A stretch of 64,000 nt of DNA from assembly GCA_964016885.1 (NCBI GenBank), contig OZ024759.1, positions 24,862,001 to 24,926,000 on the forward strand. Direction: 5' to 3'. Under the pieces are notes generated by a model. That model ran no database searches, was not told where the DNA came from, and was given only the letters and a program-made list of their open reading frames with translations. Every line of letters begins with the position of its first letter. Positions within the stretch are counted from its first letter, which is position 1. The translations under genes were made by a program, and so were the position numbers. This DNA is from Eledone cirrhosa. Taxonomy: Eukaryota. Below are positions 26,554 to 41,353 of this stretch, piece by piece.

Positions 26554-27420
26554 TTTTAAACATAGATTGGCATGTTTATCCCTCCTTTCTGAAACAGTAC
26601 AGAGAAGTACGGAATACCTCGGCCTGGGGATGGTGTCTACATTTTGTGCTTATAAAAAAAATTTGTCGTAGATTACCAGGGGTTTAACTTAATTGGGTGC
26701 CTGAGAGTAAAACGTTCAACCCACGAAAAGCAAAACAATAGGGTTAAGTAAAAAGGTATTCGACAAACCGAACATGTATTTGTTGTGCTATGGTACAATG
26801 AAAGTTACAGAGCAGTAAGTGCAGTGGTGGAGAGCATGAAGAAATTTAGTTGGATACTTTTAAGGTTTACAAAAATCTACCCAATCTGATATAGACCGAA
26901 CTGTTATTTCGGATGCCGAACGTTTCGGAATTATTATTGGGGTCACCATCAACAATTTAAAACATCTGTTCTCGGTACGGTGAACTAACTGTTGTGGACT
27001 ACTTCTATATATATATATACGGTGCCCCAGCACGGCCTCAGCCGGATGGCTGAAACAGGTAAAAGCGTAAAAGAGTAAATATATATTTAGCTACCTATGC
27101 TGTTATCATAATCACCATCGTAGCCACCACTGGTATCATCACTGTTGGTAGAGGTTGTTGAGAGTTTTGAAACCGGAACCCATTGAGCTAGACCAGATTA
27201 GCTCTACATCTGGTGCTTTATACATCGGCCGCTGACCCCACCCAGTCAGTCCACACCAAAAACCCAGATAAAACCCAGCAAAATTGACGTTAGACAGAAA
27301 ATATGGAGGAAGATTGCAGTAAAGAAAAAAACAAACAAACAAAAATACAAAAACAAAAGTTATAAAACAAAAAAACAAAAAACAGAACGAGAACAAGACC
27401 AAGTAAAATATTTGGCTAAC

Positions 27421-27551
27421 TTTTTCCTGAGGTTTTGCAACATCTGTAAGACAGTGATGGTATCTTCCGATACATAATAATCCTCTTCTAGAAGTAATAC
27501 TATTCCTTCATAATTCTTCATCACTCGGATTTCTTCAAATACAAAAGATAA
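27421..27551 (-). CDS. MGAT2: MGAT2 coding exon 4 (EED metal/donor-binding motif)
   Basis: Encodes LSFVFEEIRVMKNYEGIVLLLEEDYYVSEDTITVLQMLQNLRK + AA; tttttcag acceptor, GTTAG donor. Confidence 0.92.
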
Positions 27552-28047
27552 CTGAAAAATATGGAAAAAACAAAGACAAACTTTAAATCGTAATTCATTC
27601 AAATAGAGAAGATATATCATAATCATTTCATTTTACGTCCGCTTTTTCCCTGCTTGCAAGGGTGGGACGGGAACTGATTCTGGCTTGATTTCTACAGCTG
27701 GATGCCCTTCCTAACACCAACCTCATTTACAGTGAGTGCTGGGTGCTTTTTTAGCCGTGGCACCTCCACGACCACTTTGCAGTGGAATGATATGGACCCC
27801 AGTCTCTATCATCTCATTTCTACAGCTGAGTAAACTGGAGCAATGTGAAATAAAGTGTCTTGCTCAAGGAAACAACACATCACCCAGTCTGAGAATTGAA
27901 CTCACAACCTTTCGATTGCAAAGCCAATGCTCTAACCACTAAGCCATGTGCCATATATATATATATCCTACCCCCCACTCTCCTGAGCGTGAATTTAATA
28001 AACATTTATTGTACTGCCTCTCTGTTCTGTCCCTGTTCAAATTTTTC

Positions 28048-28090
<43 letters not shown>

Positions 28091-29375
28091 GCACACACAC
28101 ACATACATATATGTGTGTGTGTATATAAAGATGTATGTATGTATATGTGTGTAAATATATATCATCATCACTGTTTAATGTCTATTTTCCATGCTTGCAT
28201 GGGTTAGATGAGTTACCATGTTTCGATGTTAGACAGGTCAGATGACCATCGCAAGTTTGTGATCCATGTGGATATATATCTAAATATATATATATAAATA
28301 TATATATATACATATATAAGGAACGATCGACTTTCGTCAAATCGGACCGAGGAAACAATGTTTCCGTTGGTCTTTCCAATTGCTATTACTATCTATCGGT
28401 CGCAACTCCAGGTAGAAGGAGCAACGTGAAATAAAGTGTCTTGCTCAAGGACATAACGCATCACCTGGTCCAGGAATCGAACTCACAACCTTACGATTGC
28501 GAATCCAATTCTCTAACCACTCAGCCACACGCCTTCACAACATATATATACATAGTGTAATAGTTCACTATTTTCATTGGTAATATGAGATAAGCTCGAT
28601 GCACATTTTTAGCCCTTCGTTTGTCAGGAGCAAGCAGAAACTGAATGACTAAAGGGCAGGTCCAGTAGCAGAGCATTTACAATTCAAAATATATACCATA
28701 TTTCCCGGCGCTGAAGACGCTTCGTCCTCCAGGACGCACTCTAATTTTGACAACCAAAAAAAAATCAAAAAAAATCATATAAATTATTTTGAGAACAATA
28801 ATTTAACATCAGTATGAGTGGCCGGTTTGAACAGAAAGAGGTGAGAGAATTCTGTGCTGGATATGGCCAGTTTAAATGCTATCATAAGACATATTATCAA
28901 GAATAATATAGGATTGAAAGCAATGAGCATTGAAAAAACATGAAATTATATATTTATAGGTGGAAAGCATAAATTTGGGTATGTTTTCAGACTGCAGAAA
29001 ATATACCAAGTTTACGCTTTGTACTTATAACTTTATAATTCCATGTTTTTTTAATGATGGTCACAACGATGGTGATGATGATGATGACAATGACAACAAC
29101 AGTGACTATGGTGATGACAACAACAAGAATGGTGGTGATGATGATGACGAGATGATGATGAAGTCAATGATAATGACGATGATGATGGTAATGATAATGA
29201 CAATGATAACGAAAACGATGATGATGATGATGACAAAAATGATGATGATGACGACAAGGAAGATGACGACAATGAGATGATGACGATGGCGATGAGATGA
29301 CGATGGCGATGAGATGACAATGATGATGACAATGACAATGACAATAAGAATAAGATGATGATACGTTCTACTTAC

Positions 29376-29475
29376 TTTCCATAGCCAATGATGTTTTGTC
29401 TGGCAATATTTTGCCTCTCTATAATGACCATAACGATCTGGACTGGCGGCATTGTTACAGTCTAATTTTATTGCT
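29376..29475 (-). CDS. MGAT2: MGAT2 coding exon 3
   Basis: Encodes (E)AIKLDCNNAASPDRYGHYREAKYCQTKHHWLWK; CAG acceptor, GTAAG donor; conserved GHYREAK.QTKHHW motif. Confidence 0.95.
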
Positions 29476-29573
29476 CTGGATGAGGAGAGACAGGAGTAGA
29501 TTAGGATTGAGGGAATGGTGGAATATATAAGGACGACTAGCAACTTCCATGGATATCATACATTTATATATAT

Positions 29574-29630
<57 letters not shown>

Positions 29631-29997
29631 CATATATAAATAATATGGGTAATATTAATATTATCCAATTACCAGTGTGAGAGTATCTCGATGTAAAATA
29701 ACAAATATAATACAGAGCCGGAATACTTTATAAATAACAATCAAAGAGTGTTTAATAACATTTAATTACTAACAAACGTTTCATCCTAGCACAAGGCTGG
29801 TTTTATTGGAGTATAAATCAAAAGTTAGAACACAGATAACTTTGTTAAAGAACATTCTGGATATATATATAAATATACATATATATATATATATATACAT
29901 ACATATATAGAAGGCAGGTGTAAGAGAGAAACGAAACAATAGAACAAATAAGTAAATAAGTAGATATATAAATAAAGAGCAAAAAATGTCTGCTTAC

Positions 29998-30095
29998 TCA
30001 GCTTTCTTAACATTCCTTGGACAGTCATTGGGATGTTCCCCAGGAAATTGTGAGGGATTTAATTGTAATGAATGAGGGAAAAATATCTGGATCAC
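29998..30095 (-). CDS. MGAT2: MGAT2 coding exon 2
   Basis: Polypyrimidine tract + CAG acceptor; encodes VIQIFFPHSLQLNPSQFPGEHPNDCPRNVKKA + GA; donor GTAAGC. Matches the GnT-II FFP...FPG..P.DCPR motif. Confidence 0.93.
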
Positions 30096-30125
30096 CTGTT
30101 AAGGGAGAGAAGAGAAATAAAGAGA

Positions 30126-30194
<69 letters not shown>

Positions 30195-30989
30195 AGAAAG
30201 AGGGAGAGATATGATATATATATATATTTAAATATGTAATAAACAACATAAGACAATTATTCCATTTACCAAAGGTTTCACGAAGACAGACAAGCTCAAC
30301 ACAGACGTCTGAAATCGCTCGTCTGTCTTCGTGAAACCTTTGGCAAATGGAATAATTGTCTTATGTTGTTTATTACATAACTAAATTGATTGCAAGCCCA
30401 ATGCTCTAACCACTAAGAGAGAGAGACAGAAAGAGAGAGAGAGAAAGAGAGACAGAAAGAGAAGAGAGAGAGAGAAAGAGAAGAGAGAGAGAGAGATTTA
30501 TACTCCTGTGAATGTACATTAAAATATAGTTAAGAAAACAGAGACAGCCACAGCCTAGACACACAGACAGAAACAACAACTTTAACCAAAAAAATAAAAA
30601 ATAATAAAGTATGTACACCCCCCCCCCCCCTCGTCTGCCCGCCCCCAGGAGCATGAAGCCATTTCCTTTGAGAAAAATGTCAGAGAATTTTATCTGGTTG
30701 CAACAATGAGATGATTTACTGTAAAGGGATGAGACAGGGGGGGGGAAGGGGGTCAGACATGGTTATGTAAGAAAATGGGGTTGAATGATTGTTATACTAT
30801 TAACAATAGTGGGGTGGGGGTGGGGAGACTGAGAGAAAGAGATAGAGGGAGACAATATATATATATATATACATACACACACACATGTATATATATATAT
30901 ACAGAGAGGGAGAGTGAGAGAGAGTGTGAGAGAGAGAGAGAGAGAGAGAGAGACAGATAGAAAGATAGTCAGATAGATAGATAGATATG

Positions 30990-31790
30990 TTTCTTTATTA
31001 GCCACAGGGGCTCAAAAGAAGGGGACAAATACAAAGGGGGAAGTTTACATACAATAAAAACGTGTAAAATGTTAGATAGATAGAGAGATAGATAGATAAA
31101 TAGATAGACAGACAGACAGATAGACAGATAAATAGAGAGGAAGACAGATAGATATATTTCTTTATTAGCCACAGGGGCACAAAAGAAGGGGACAAATACA
31201 AAGGGGGAAGTTTACATACAATAAAAAGAGAGGAAGACAGATAGATAGACAGTCAGATAGAGAGATAGATAAATAGGTAGATAGATATATTTCTTTATTA
31301 GCCACAAGGGCGCACAAGAAAAGGGGATAATACAAAGACATGCCGGGGATTTTACATACAGTCGTGTAAAAAATATAAAAACAAACAATTACAACAATCG
31401 AAATCCCCAATAGAGGGGAGGCACCACAAATGGGTTGTTTAATACCCCGTCGATAGAACAACCCTCAACTCCAGGAGCGTGTTGTGCAAGTGCTCCTTTC
31501 TTCCTTTTGCTCTCTTCCTCAACCTACAGGCTTATAAACAGAGAAGGCCCAATCACTCGGGCCATTTTTGCTTCATTCACCCACCTTTCACTAAATTTAC
31601 TGGGGTGCAGTGCCTCTCTCTCCACCCTGATTCTCCTTCTAAAGTGATACTTAAAGAAGGGAATCAATTGTTGTCCGGAGAAAAGGCATCTGTCCTCAGT
31701 CCTCTCAACCTCGTCCACCATATAACCTCTTTCGCCATAGCCACCGTACAGAGGAAAACCGCCTCTCTTTCGTTTTTGAAAGAGGCAGAT
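30990..31790 (-). mobile_element. L1/Tx1-like LINE 3' fragment with a triplicated 3' tail in a (GATA)n tract
   Basis: LIPFFKYHFRRRIRVERE...FSERW resembles a Tx1 ORF2 end. The block tttctttattagccac..gggc.. occurs three times (30990, 31157, 31290). Confidence 0.55.
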
Positions 31791-33892
31791 AGATAGATAG
31801 ATAAATAGACAGGAAGACAGATAGATAGACAGTCAGATAGAGAGATAGATAGATAGCAAAGGAAATTCCAACATACAAAGTATTTCCTTAGATTAACATT
31901 TCAAATAGAACCTTACTGATGGTGGTGATGGTGGTAGTGATGATAGTGGTGGTTGATGGGGATGATGATGATAATGGTGGTGGTGGTAGTGTTAATGGTG
32001 GTGGTGGTGGTGTTGTTGATGGTGGTAGCGATGATGGTGGTGGTTGATGGGGATGATGATGATAATGGTGGTGGTGGTGGTGGGGCTAATGTAGGTCAGA
32101 ATGCCATGAAATCCCACTCATTCTTATTGTCAAGCAATGAATCATTTCCCAATTGTGATTAGTGAGAGAGGAAGATGGAAGATTTTCATAGTGATGGATG
32201 TGTTATTATTGTGTCTGGTTAAAACAGACCTCTAGCTAGTGTTCCAGTTGTTGTGTAAGTGACTTAGCAAGCCACAGTCATGTGTACTCAATGTAATTCT
32301 CAGGGAGATTCAGCGTAAGTGACTGAGCAAGCCACAGACATGTGTCCCCTTCAGTCTTAGTGTGAGAGGAAGATGGAAGATTTTCATGGAGATAAATGTA
32401 TTATTGTATCTGGTTGAAACAAACCTCTAGCTAGTGTTCCAGTTGTTGTGTACTCTTAATGTAATTCTCAGGGAGATTCGGTGAGACCTAGAGTGTAACA
32501 TGGCTGCCCCCCACCCACCCCTTTGAATTACAGGTACAGTTTATTATATATCATAATGTAAACAAAGTACCAGTAACGCACTGGGGTCGATTTAAACAAC
32601 TTACCCCTCTTCCCTTCAAATTGTTGACCTCGTGCCTAAATTAGAAACAATTATAGTGTAAGTAGTTAACTCTTCCTCAGAAATGTGAACCCATAATGTA
32701 ATTCTCAGGGAGATTCATGTGGCACAGTGTATGACAAAGCGGGCCTTTTGAATTATCTATCTGACAGGCTTCCAAACAGTCACCATCTACACACAAGGTT
32801 TGGATCGACCAGTCGCTATCGTAACTAACTTGGGTAATTTACTCTTAACATCCTGTCATGATTAACCTTTGAACATTCACATTACCCTATATATACCATT
32901 ATATTTTCATGGCTTTACCTCACTTAATTATCTCACACAATATCGAATCTACGAGATTTTGATATTTATTTTAAGAACAATACCTTAACATCAGTATGAG
33001 CAGCCAGTTTGAACAGAAAGAGGTAAGAGAATTCTAGCTAGATATGGTCGGTTTAAATGCTAAAAGGTTAAGCAGAAAATATCTAAAACAAGTTTGTTAA
33101 TTCAATTATTTATAGTATCTTTACTAGTGGACAGATTGCTGTGAAAATTGCAGTATTAGAGTAAAAACTTTAATATTTAAAGCGATAGTCATAGTATTGT
33201 TTTGTATTATATAAGTATGTTTTGCTAATGTGGGTTGTTACTACAAATGTTTATAGTATCTTTACTAATGGACAGATTGTTGTGAAAATGTGTAGTATTA
33301 GAGTAAAGACTTCAATATTTAATGTGATGCAGCCATAGTGTTGTTTTGTACTTTCAACAATGTTGTGTTAATTCAAATGTGTATAGTATCTTTACTAATG
33401 AACAAATTGTTGTCAAAATTTGCAGTATTAGAGTAAAGATTTCAATATTTAATGTGATACAGTCAGTGCTTTTTTTCTTTGTACTTTTCAACAATGTCTT
33501 GCTAATGTGGTTTCATGTGGCCCAGCACCTTGAGATTTAAAGCCCAAATTGTGTGTTGTATGGTATACAGCTGTAGTAATCTAATGAAAGGGTGTTATGG
33601 GGGATAAAATGTTCATATGGTAATATAGCGACAAAATAAAACAACTCTCCCTCCCTCCTCACAAACAAATATGTATATATATATTTACATCAAATCCTTT
33701 TGAGAGAAAAAAAAAGGGAAAACAAACCAGAAGCTATAAAAGTATTCTAAGTAATATTTAATGTGATGTAGACTAGTTGCTTTCCCACACATCTGTTACC
33801 GCATCAAGTCAGGAAGTGATTATAAGAAATATTAAAACAAAAGATATACTGCATATGTCAGCAGAATGTATATATACATATATGTGTGTGTA

Positions 33893-33947
<55 letters not shown>

Positions 33948-33952
33948 TTATA

Positions 33953-33995
<43 letters not shown>

Positions 33996-34244
33996 GTGTG
34001 TCTGGAGGGAGGTGCATCTTGTATACATATACAGCTATGTTGGAGCGAACGCCTTAATATATGTATGTATAATACACTCATACATATACACAGTATACAC
34101 ATATATATATATATAACTGCAATACAAAACTAGTGCAGTTGTTGACTAATATTGTTTTGGTCAGACTTTTCCTTCTGGGTTAAATCCAAGTTTTTTCCTC
34201 ATTTTCTAAGATTAAAAAACAAAGAAGCTATTTCTGTCCTTCTG

Positions 34245-34276
<32 letters not shown>

Positions 34277-35387
34277 GCTTTTTACATTATGTAAAAATTC
34301 TGTTGTTTTCACTCAAAGTAGTGAATGTATTAAGATATAGAAGAGGAAAACACACATAGAAACACATATACACACACATACACATTCAAGCAAACACATA
34401 CAAACACACCCATTCATAAACAGATACAACCCCCCCCCCACACACACAAACACTCATACAAACACATACGCACACTATCGCCCACACAAACACACAAACG
34501 CTCTCACACTCACACAAATTTACAAAACAAATTCTTTAGACACAAGATCATTCTTGAAACAAAGCAAGTGTGAAAGGATCAGTTTTTTTTTTCCTCCCCG
34601 ACAAAAAAAATAAAACTAAAAATGGAACAAAAGTATTAATGCAGAGACCAACTGGAAACAACTGGAATTTGATGAAAGAAATGTTTAAAAACACCTTTGT
34701 TGAATGAAAATATTTGACATTTAAAAGAGTCCTAGATGGGGATAGCGGGAGAGACTGGGAGTTTGGTTCAATTGTGTTCGGACCTGTGTTTATCATTATC
34801 GTTTAACATCCATTTCCCACACTAGCATGGGTTAGACAGGTTGTCCCATTAGAGGCAAGTTGGGTCTTACTCATATTGGACTATTTCTGGCTAGATTTCT
34901 ACAGCTAGATGCCCTTCCTAACGTCAACCACATCTGACTATACCAGGGCCTGATGGAAGAGCTGGTTTAGTCATTGACCACTCCGCCATGAAGAAGGTTA
35001 TACTGGGTTTCATGGTACCAGTTATGGCAGATCTTGACCTGATCATACCAGGGTCTGGTAGGGGAGCCTGTTTAATTGCCGAAGACTTCACCATGAGGCA
35101 GTTTGTACTGGGCTGTATGGTACCAGTAGCAGGCAGATATTGACCTGACCATACCAGGGTATCGTGGGGGAGCAGAGTATAATTGTCGACCACTCCACCA
35201 TGTTATACTAGACTGTATGGTATCAGTAGCAGACAGAATCCTGACTTGAATATACAGTTGGTTTATTTTCTATAAAATTGAAGGAAGGTGTAGGCAGCAA
35301 CCAGTGACATGATCGTCTTGCCACTGGTGGGTCTACTCTTTATAAAATGCCACCTTGGTTAGTTTAAAGTTTTTATAAAATAATTGT

Positions 35388-35571
35388 TTCTACGTTAGGC
35401 ACAAGGCCAGCAATTAACCAGTGCATTACTGGTACTTTATTTTATCGACCCCGTAAGGATGAAAGGCAAAGTTAACCTCAGCGGTATTTGAACTCAGAAT
35501 GGCAAGGGCCGTAACTCTATACGTCAAAGCATGGCGTCCGACCCTCTCCCAATACTGCCAATCCACCGCCC
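35388..35571 (-). mobile_element. tRNA-headed SINE family 2; other copies near 3490-3985(-), 10620-10960(+), 11757-11935(+), 36842-37010(+), 62580-62800(-)
   Basis: Head ggcggtggattggcagtattgg (A box) ... gagttcaaatacc (B box); shared body ctttgcctttcatccttacggggtcgataaaataaagtaccag. Confidence 0.8.
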
Positions 35572-35659
35572 TTTAAAAGTTTTTATAAAATAATAAAAAG
35601 AAATAAGAGAAATGTTTTCTACATGTTTGAATAGACTAAGATCTTTGAATTGTCAAATG

Positions 35660-36620
35660 ATTGAATATCATATGACTAGGCACAAATTCAGAGACAGACA
35701 TGCAAGGACCTGAACATGCTGGGGAGATTGTTGGAGCCACAAAGTATGCCAAATCTACTGTTTTTAGAGTTGTAGCCAATTTGAAGAAAAGTCAGGATGT
35801 TCACAGAAAGCCTTACAGTCCTTACACTGATCAAAAACACACACCTCGCTTCTTAGCAGGACTTAGAAGATCGATTGAGTCAAACCTATCAAAATTGATG
35901 ATGAAGTGGGCTCAATATCGAGGAATCACGATAATGACTGTTTGTAGGGCTGTGAGACAAGACCTCCAAATGAAATTGTATGTGAGAAGACACAGTAACA
36001 TCCTAACTACCCACTCCAAAGCCATTCAAGCTGAAAGAAATCCCAAACTTGTTAGTCATTTGAAACATTGTGGTGGAGACGTGGATGAATTAAGTGGTAG
36101 ATGAAGTTGCAAACCGTCAAAACTCACGAGGAATAGCATACGACCCTTCTCAAGTACTTTCTGCTATGCATAGTAAGAATCTGGCTTCCATTATGGTCTT
36201 TGGAGCTGTTGCAAGTAATGGGAAATTGATGCCTCCTCATTTTATTGAAGTGTATCTTAAAATCAACACAGCAGAGTATCTCAAGTATCTCAAAATATTT
36301 GAAGAAGCTTTGTTGTCTTAGATTAGAAAGCATTATGATGCAAGTCAAGTCATGTTTGTGCAGGACTTCACACCTTTCCATTCTTCGAAAAAAGTGCAAA
36401 AATTTTTGAAGAAGGAATTGCCCATGTTTGTCCCTAAAGATATCTGGCCCTCCAGCTCACCAGATTTGAATCCATGTGATTTTTGGCTGTAGCATGCAGT
36501 TGAAGGCTTTGATCGATCGAGCTTTCGGTAAAGTGAAAAAGGAAGAAATAGTTAAGGCATGTGCATCATTTCGTAAACGGATTGAACTGGTAAAGAAAGC
36601 AAACGGCTTCACAAAACACC
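35660..36620 (+). mobile_element. Tc1/mariner transposase remnant, DD37D (maT) type
   Basis: HTH-like N-terminus, IMVFGAVASNGK, and VQD...WPSSSPDLNPCD with exactly 37 residues between the two D residues (counted by hand). Stops and frameshifts present; TIRs not found. Confidence 0.85.
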
Positions 36621-37303
36621 CAGTGACTCCAGGATACATCATTGATGAAATGTCCAAGGCTTTCCAACCATGGATGTATGAAGATCTTTTCTGTTATTCT
36701 TCATTAAGTTTCTAGCCACTATTCAACCCTTTAGCATTTACATTACTACTATAATTTCATGGCAAAGGCTTTATCTCACATAATTATCTTACATAATATC
36801 AAATCTACGAGATTTTGATGATGATATTATTTATTTTGAGAATGGTGGATTGGCAGAACTGGCAGAGCATCGGACAACATGCTTAGCGGCATAGAGTTAC
36901 AGCTCTTTACGTTGGTCGATAAAATAAAGCACCAGTAATGCACTGGGGTCAATTTAATTGATTTTCCCTCCTAAAACTGTTGGCCTTGTGCCTAAATCAG
37001 AAACCATTATTTAATTGAGAACAATACCTCAACATTGGTATAAGCAGCCAGTTATGGTCAGTTTGAACAGAAAGAGGTGAGAGAATTCTGGTTAGATACA
37101 GTTGGTTTAAATGCTAAAGGGTTAAATTGATTACAGATATCTTCTAATATATGGTTCAATAAGTTTGGAGTTAAAAGTCCAACAAAAGTGAGATAAATTT
37201 TGCATCGATCTATGAATAAGAGACTCATAAAAGTTTATGTTTGTCTATCTACTGTAATGACCAATCAATCAATCAATAGGTGACACTGCTTGTATGGATT
37301 CCC

Positions 37304-37398
<95 letters not shown>

Positions 37399-37658
37399 TA
37401 TATCCACCTAGTATCTTACCCCACCCTCTTTGATTTATATATATATATATATATATGTATGCATGTGTGTGTGTATTTTTGATGAACAATAGAATTAGAT
37501 GGCGACAGCGTGACAGGGAATCCATGCAAGTTGTGCGACCTATTGATATAGTCTGGGTTAAAACAGCCTTTAGACTATCATCATCATCATCAGGTTTAGC
37601 GTCCGTGTTCCACGCTTGCATGGGTTTGGACGGGGGTTTTCCCACTTGAGGCAAGAGT

Positions 37659-37687
<29 letters not shown>

Positions 37688-37689
<2 letters not shown>

Positions 37690-38100
37690 ATAAGTCACAC
37701 AGCTTGCACGGATTCCCATGACCCTCTGTGACCATCCAATTCTATTGTTCATTATATTCAGCAGGTCAGAGAGATTACAGTTTATGTCATCACAAATCTG
37801 CTTAATATAGGTCTTAGCTCTTCCGTGTGAAGGCTCCCACAAAAGAACTTCATTAGCTATTTCATCTTTAGCTCTCCATCAATGCCCTGTGAATCTCACT
37901 CTACGCTCTTCAGTTGATGTCTGATAATAGACAGAGGTTCCCATACAGTCACTCATTGGTCAAACAATCTCTCCAAGTGATATTCAAATCCACTCGTAGC
38001 ATGAGAGTGAAGGCACCATCTAATGTTCTTTCCAGTTTTGAGGTAAGGGTTCATACTGAGCAGCCATACAATAGAACAGAGGCAACAGTGGATTGAAAGA
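37688..38100 (-). mobile_element. Degraded RTE-like LINE 3' fragment (second family)
   Basis: Minus-strand translation resembles STVASVLLYGC...MLRVDLNITW...LLWEPSHGRAKTYI. Its tail gggaatcc.tgcaag.tgtg..acc/ttattgat recurs at 37485-37548 (+) and 37265-37308 (-). Confidence 0.65.
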
Positions 38101-38119
38101 GTAATAGATATCCTTACTA

Positions 38120-38522
38120 TAACAGTCTATAATGTTAGTCTATCTATAGAATGTTAGGCTATAATGTTAGACTGTCTATATAATGTTAGTTTATCTAGCA
38201 CAACAGTCTATAATGTTAGACTATCTATAAATGTCAGTCTATATGTTAGTTTATCTAGCACAACAGTCTATAATGTTAGACTATCTATAAATGTCAGTCT
38301 ATATGTTAGTTTATCTAGCACAACAGTCTATAATGTTAGACTATCTATAAATGTCAGTCTATATGTTAGTTTATCTAGCACAACAGTCTATAATGTTAGA
38401 CTATCTATAAATGTCAGTCTATATGTTAGTTTATCTAACACAACAGTCTATAATGTTAGACTATCTATAAATGTCAGTCTATATGTTAGTTTATCTAGCA
38501 CAACAGTCTATAATGTTAGTCT
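38120..38522. repeat. 60-bp tandem repeat, about 5.5 near-identical copies plus degenerate lead-in
   Basis: The 60-base lines starting 38221, 38281 and 38341 are identical. Confidence 0.95.
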
Positions 38523-38867
38523 CTGCCATAGAATGTCTAAGTTGATAACAGAGGAAGTAGATTCCATTGCTACACTCTAAAACAAAATGAACGTTTATAG
38601 AAAACAGGAAATATTCCATGGCTTCCAAGAGATAGCTAGACACATACATACACAGAGACACAGACACATACATAGATATACAAACACAGACATACACAGA
38701 CACAGAGAAACGTACATACAGACACAGACACATATGCATAAACATAGACATACAGACACAAACACAGACATACATAAACATAGACATACAGACACAAACA
38801 CAGACATACATAGACACACACAGACACAGACATACATACACACAAACACACAGACATACATAGACAC

Positions 38868-38899
<32 letters not shown>

Positions 38900-39892
38900 G
38901 ATGCACACAAACACAAACCGATGCCATGATACAAACACTGATAGATACAGAAACATACACAAACAGATGTACACACACAACACACACAGATACAAATACA
39001 CACACAAAAACAGTTACACACATACATATACCCCCCCCCCCCCACACACTAAACAGTTCAGAAAAGAGTGAAGCCCAGACCCATTCAAAATTGACAGCGA
39101 AACAGAGGTTTATTTCCCTTGTGACTGTCAAGTCTAGCCATTGCATAACTCCACAAAACTAAGACGAAGCTTGTAAAAGAATATATACAGGGTGTCCCCC
39201 CAAAATGTATAGACACTTCAACAGTATTCTAATAAAAGTGTGTATACATTTTTGGATGGACACACACCATGTATTTGTCTGGTTGCAGGTGTGAAGTAGC
39301 TTTAATAAACTCGATTAGAAATTATACCTTTTAACTAAATAGAGAATGGTTTTACAAATCTTACAACAATATGGTGGCACTTCTATGTAATTTGTCACAA
39401 GTCTTGTGTTTAGAATACAATGTACTCCAGTGTTAGCTCTATTGTTAACTCATGTCCATAGTTAGGGTGTTGTTGTTGTTGATGGTGTTGTTGTTGTCGA
39501 TGGTATTGTTGTTGTGGTGTTGTTGGTGGTGTTACTGTTGGTGTGCTGTTGGTGGTGTTGTGTTGTTACTGTTCTTGTTGGTGCTGTTGCTGTTGTTTGT
39601 GGTGTTACTGTTACTGTTGTTGGTGTTGTTGTTGTTGTGTTGTTATTGGTGCGACATTACTGTTGCTGTTGGTGGTGTAGTTGTTTAGTAACTTTAGTTC
39701 ATAACTAGAGTTACGATGATGTGGTTATTGTTGTTGATGTTGTTGTTGATGTTAATGTTGCTGATATTGTTAATCTTGTTGTTGTTGTTAATGTTGTTTA
39801 GTAACTTTACTTCATGACTAAAGCTAGGCCACTTTAAAACTGGATGTTGTTGTTTAGTAACTTTTAGTTCATAACTAAACCTAGATGTTGAT

Positions 39893-39936
<44 letters not shown>

Positions 39937-40239
39937 TGTTGTTGTTGTTGTTCTTGTGGTTTAGTAACTTTAGCTCTTGACTAAAGTTAGGCTACTTTAA
40001 ATCTTGTTGTTTAGTAATTCTACTTCAAAACTGAATGCTGCTGTGGCTGATATAGTAGTAGTAGTAGTAGTAGTTGTTGTTGGTGTTTAGTAACTTAAGC
40101 TCCTGAATAGAGTTAAACTTCTTTAAAACTTCTTGTTGTTTAGCCAAAGTCCTAAAAATCAATGACATTCTATTATTTTCCTTTTTCTACATAACATTAT
40201 CTCATGTGTCTTTCTTTGTTAAGACAGTAGGAAATGATT

Positions 40240-40550
40240 CAGCAGATTTGTAGATCAGCAGACTAGTAGATCAGTGTATTTGTATAACAGTGGATTTGTA
40301 GATAAGCAAATTTGTAGGTCAATGGATTTGTAGGTCAATGGATTTGTAGGTCAGTGGATTTGTAGATCAGTGGATCTGCAGATCAGTGGATCTGTAGATA
40401 AGCAGACATGGAGGTTTGAAGATCAGAAGAATTGTAGGTTAGCAGATTTGTAGGTCAGTAGATCTGTAAGTCAGAAGACCTGTACATCAGCAGATCTGTA
40501 GGACTCAATGTTGGTATACCAGCAGATCTGTAAGTCAGTAGGTTTGTGAA
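40240..40550. repeat. About 16-bp degenerate tandem repeat
   Basis: (g)gatttgtag(a/g)tcagtg units. Confidence 0.75.
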
Positions 40551-41353
40551 TCTGGGAGGTTAAAGAGGTTGTTTTGTAGCCACCACATGGTTTCATGTTC
40601 TGTTCTCACCGTGTGGAACGTTGGACAAAGGACTAAACTCCTCTACTATCATATAATCTCGAGATGAGGACCGGGATTTGAGTGAATTTGTATATATAAA
40701 TGTATATATAATACAGGTATATATGAATATATATATATAACAGAGGTGTATATGAATATAATATATACAATACAGATATATATGAATGTATATAATAATA
40801 GAGGTGTATATGACTGTATATATAACAGGTGTATATAACTATATATATAACAGGTGTATATAACTATATATATAACAGAGGTGTATATGAATGTATATAA
40901 TAATAGAGATGTATATGACTGTATATATATACAACAAAGGTGTATATGAAGACAAGAGGCGGGATGCTGTGCAGAGGGACCTGTCCAACCCATGCAAATA
41001 TGGGAAAATGGATGTAAAAAAACGATGACGATGATGATACAATATATGAGTGAATGTGTATGCATGAATACATATATAATAGAGGTGTATATGAATATAT
41101 ATACAATATATGTTTATATGAATGCATATATGTAATAGAGGTGTATATAAATATATATATATAAAAATACAGATATATAGGAAGGCATATACAATATGTT
41201 TATATATGAGCAAACTTGTATGAATGCATGTATATATATAATAGAGATGTATATATGAAGAAATGTGTATGCATGAATGTGTGTGTATATATAGATATAT
41301 ATAAACAAGAAGTGTAAGTCAACAGGGTAAAATTAGCTTTTATTCATATTCGT

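Noticed and set aside
28960-29360. D/M-rich or S/H-rich ORFs; likewise 7542-7864, 31953-32162 and 39452-39708
   Set aside because: Trinucleotide microsatellites (GAT, TAG, GGT, GTT).
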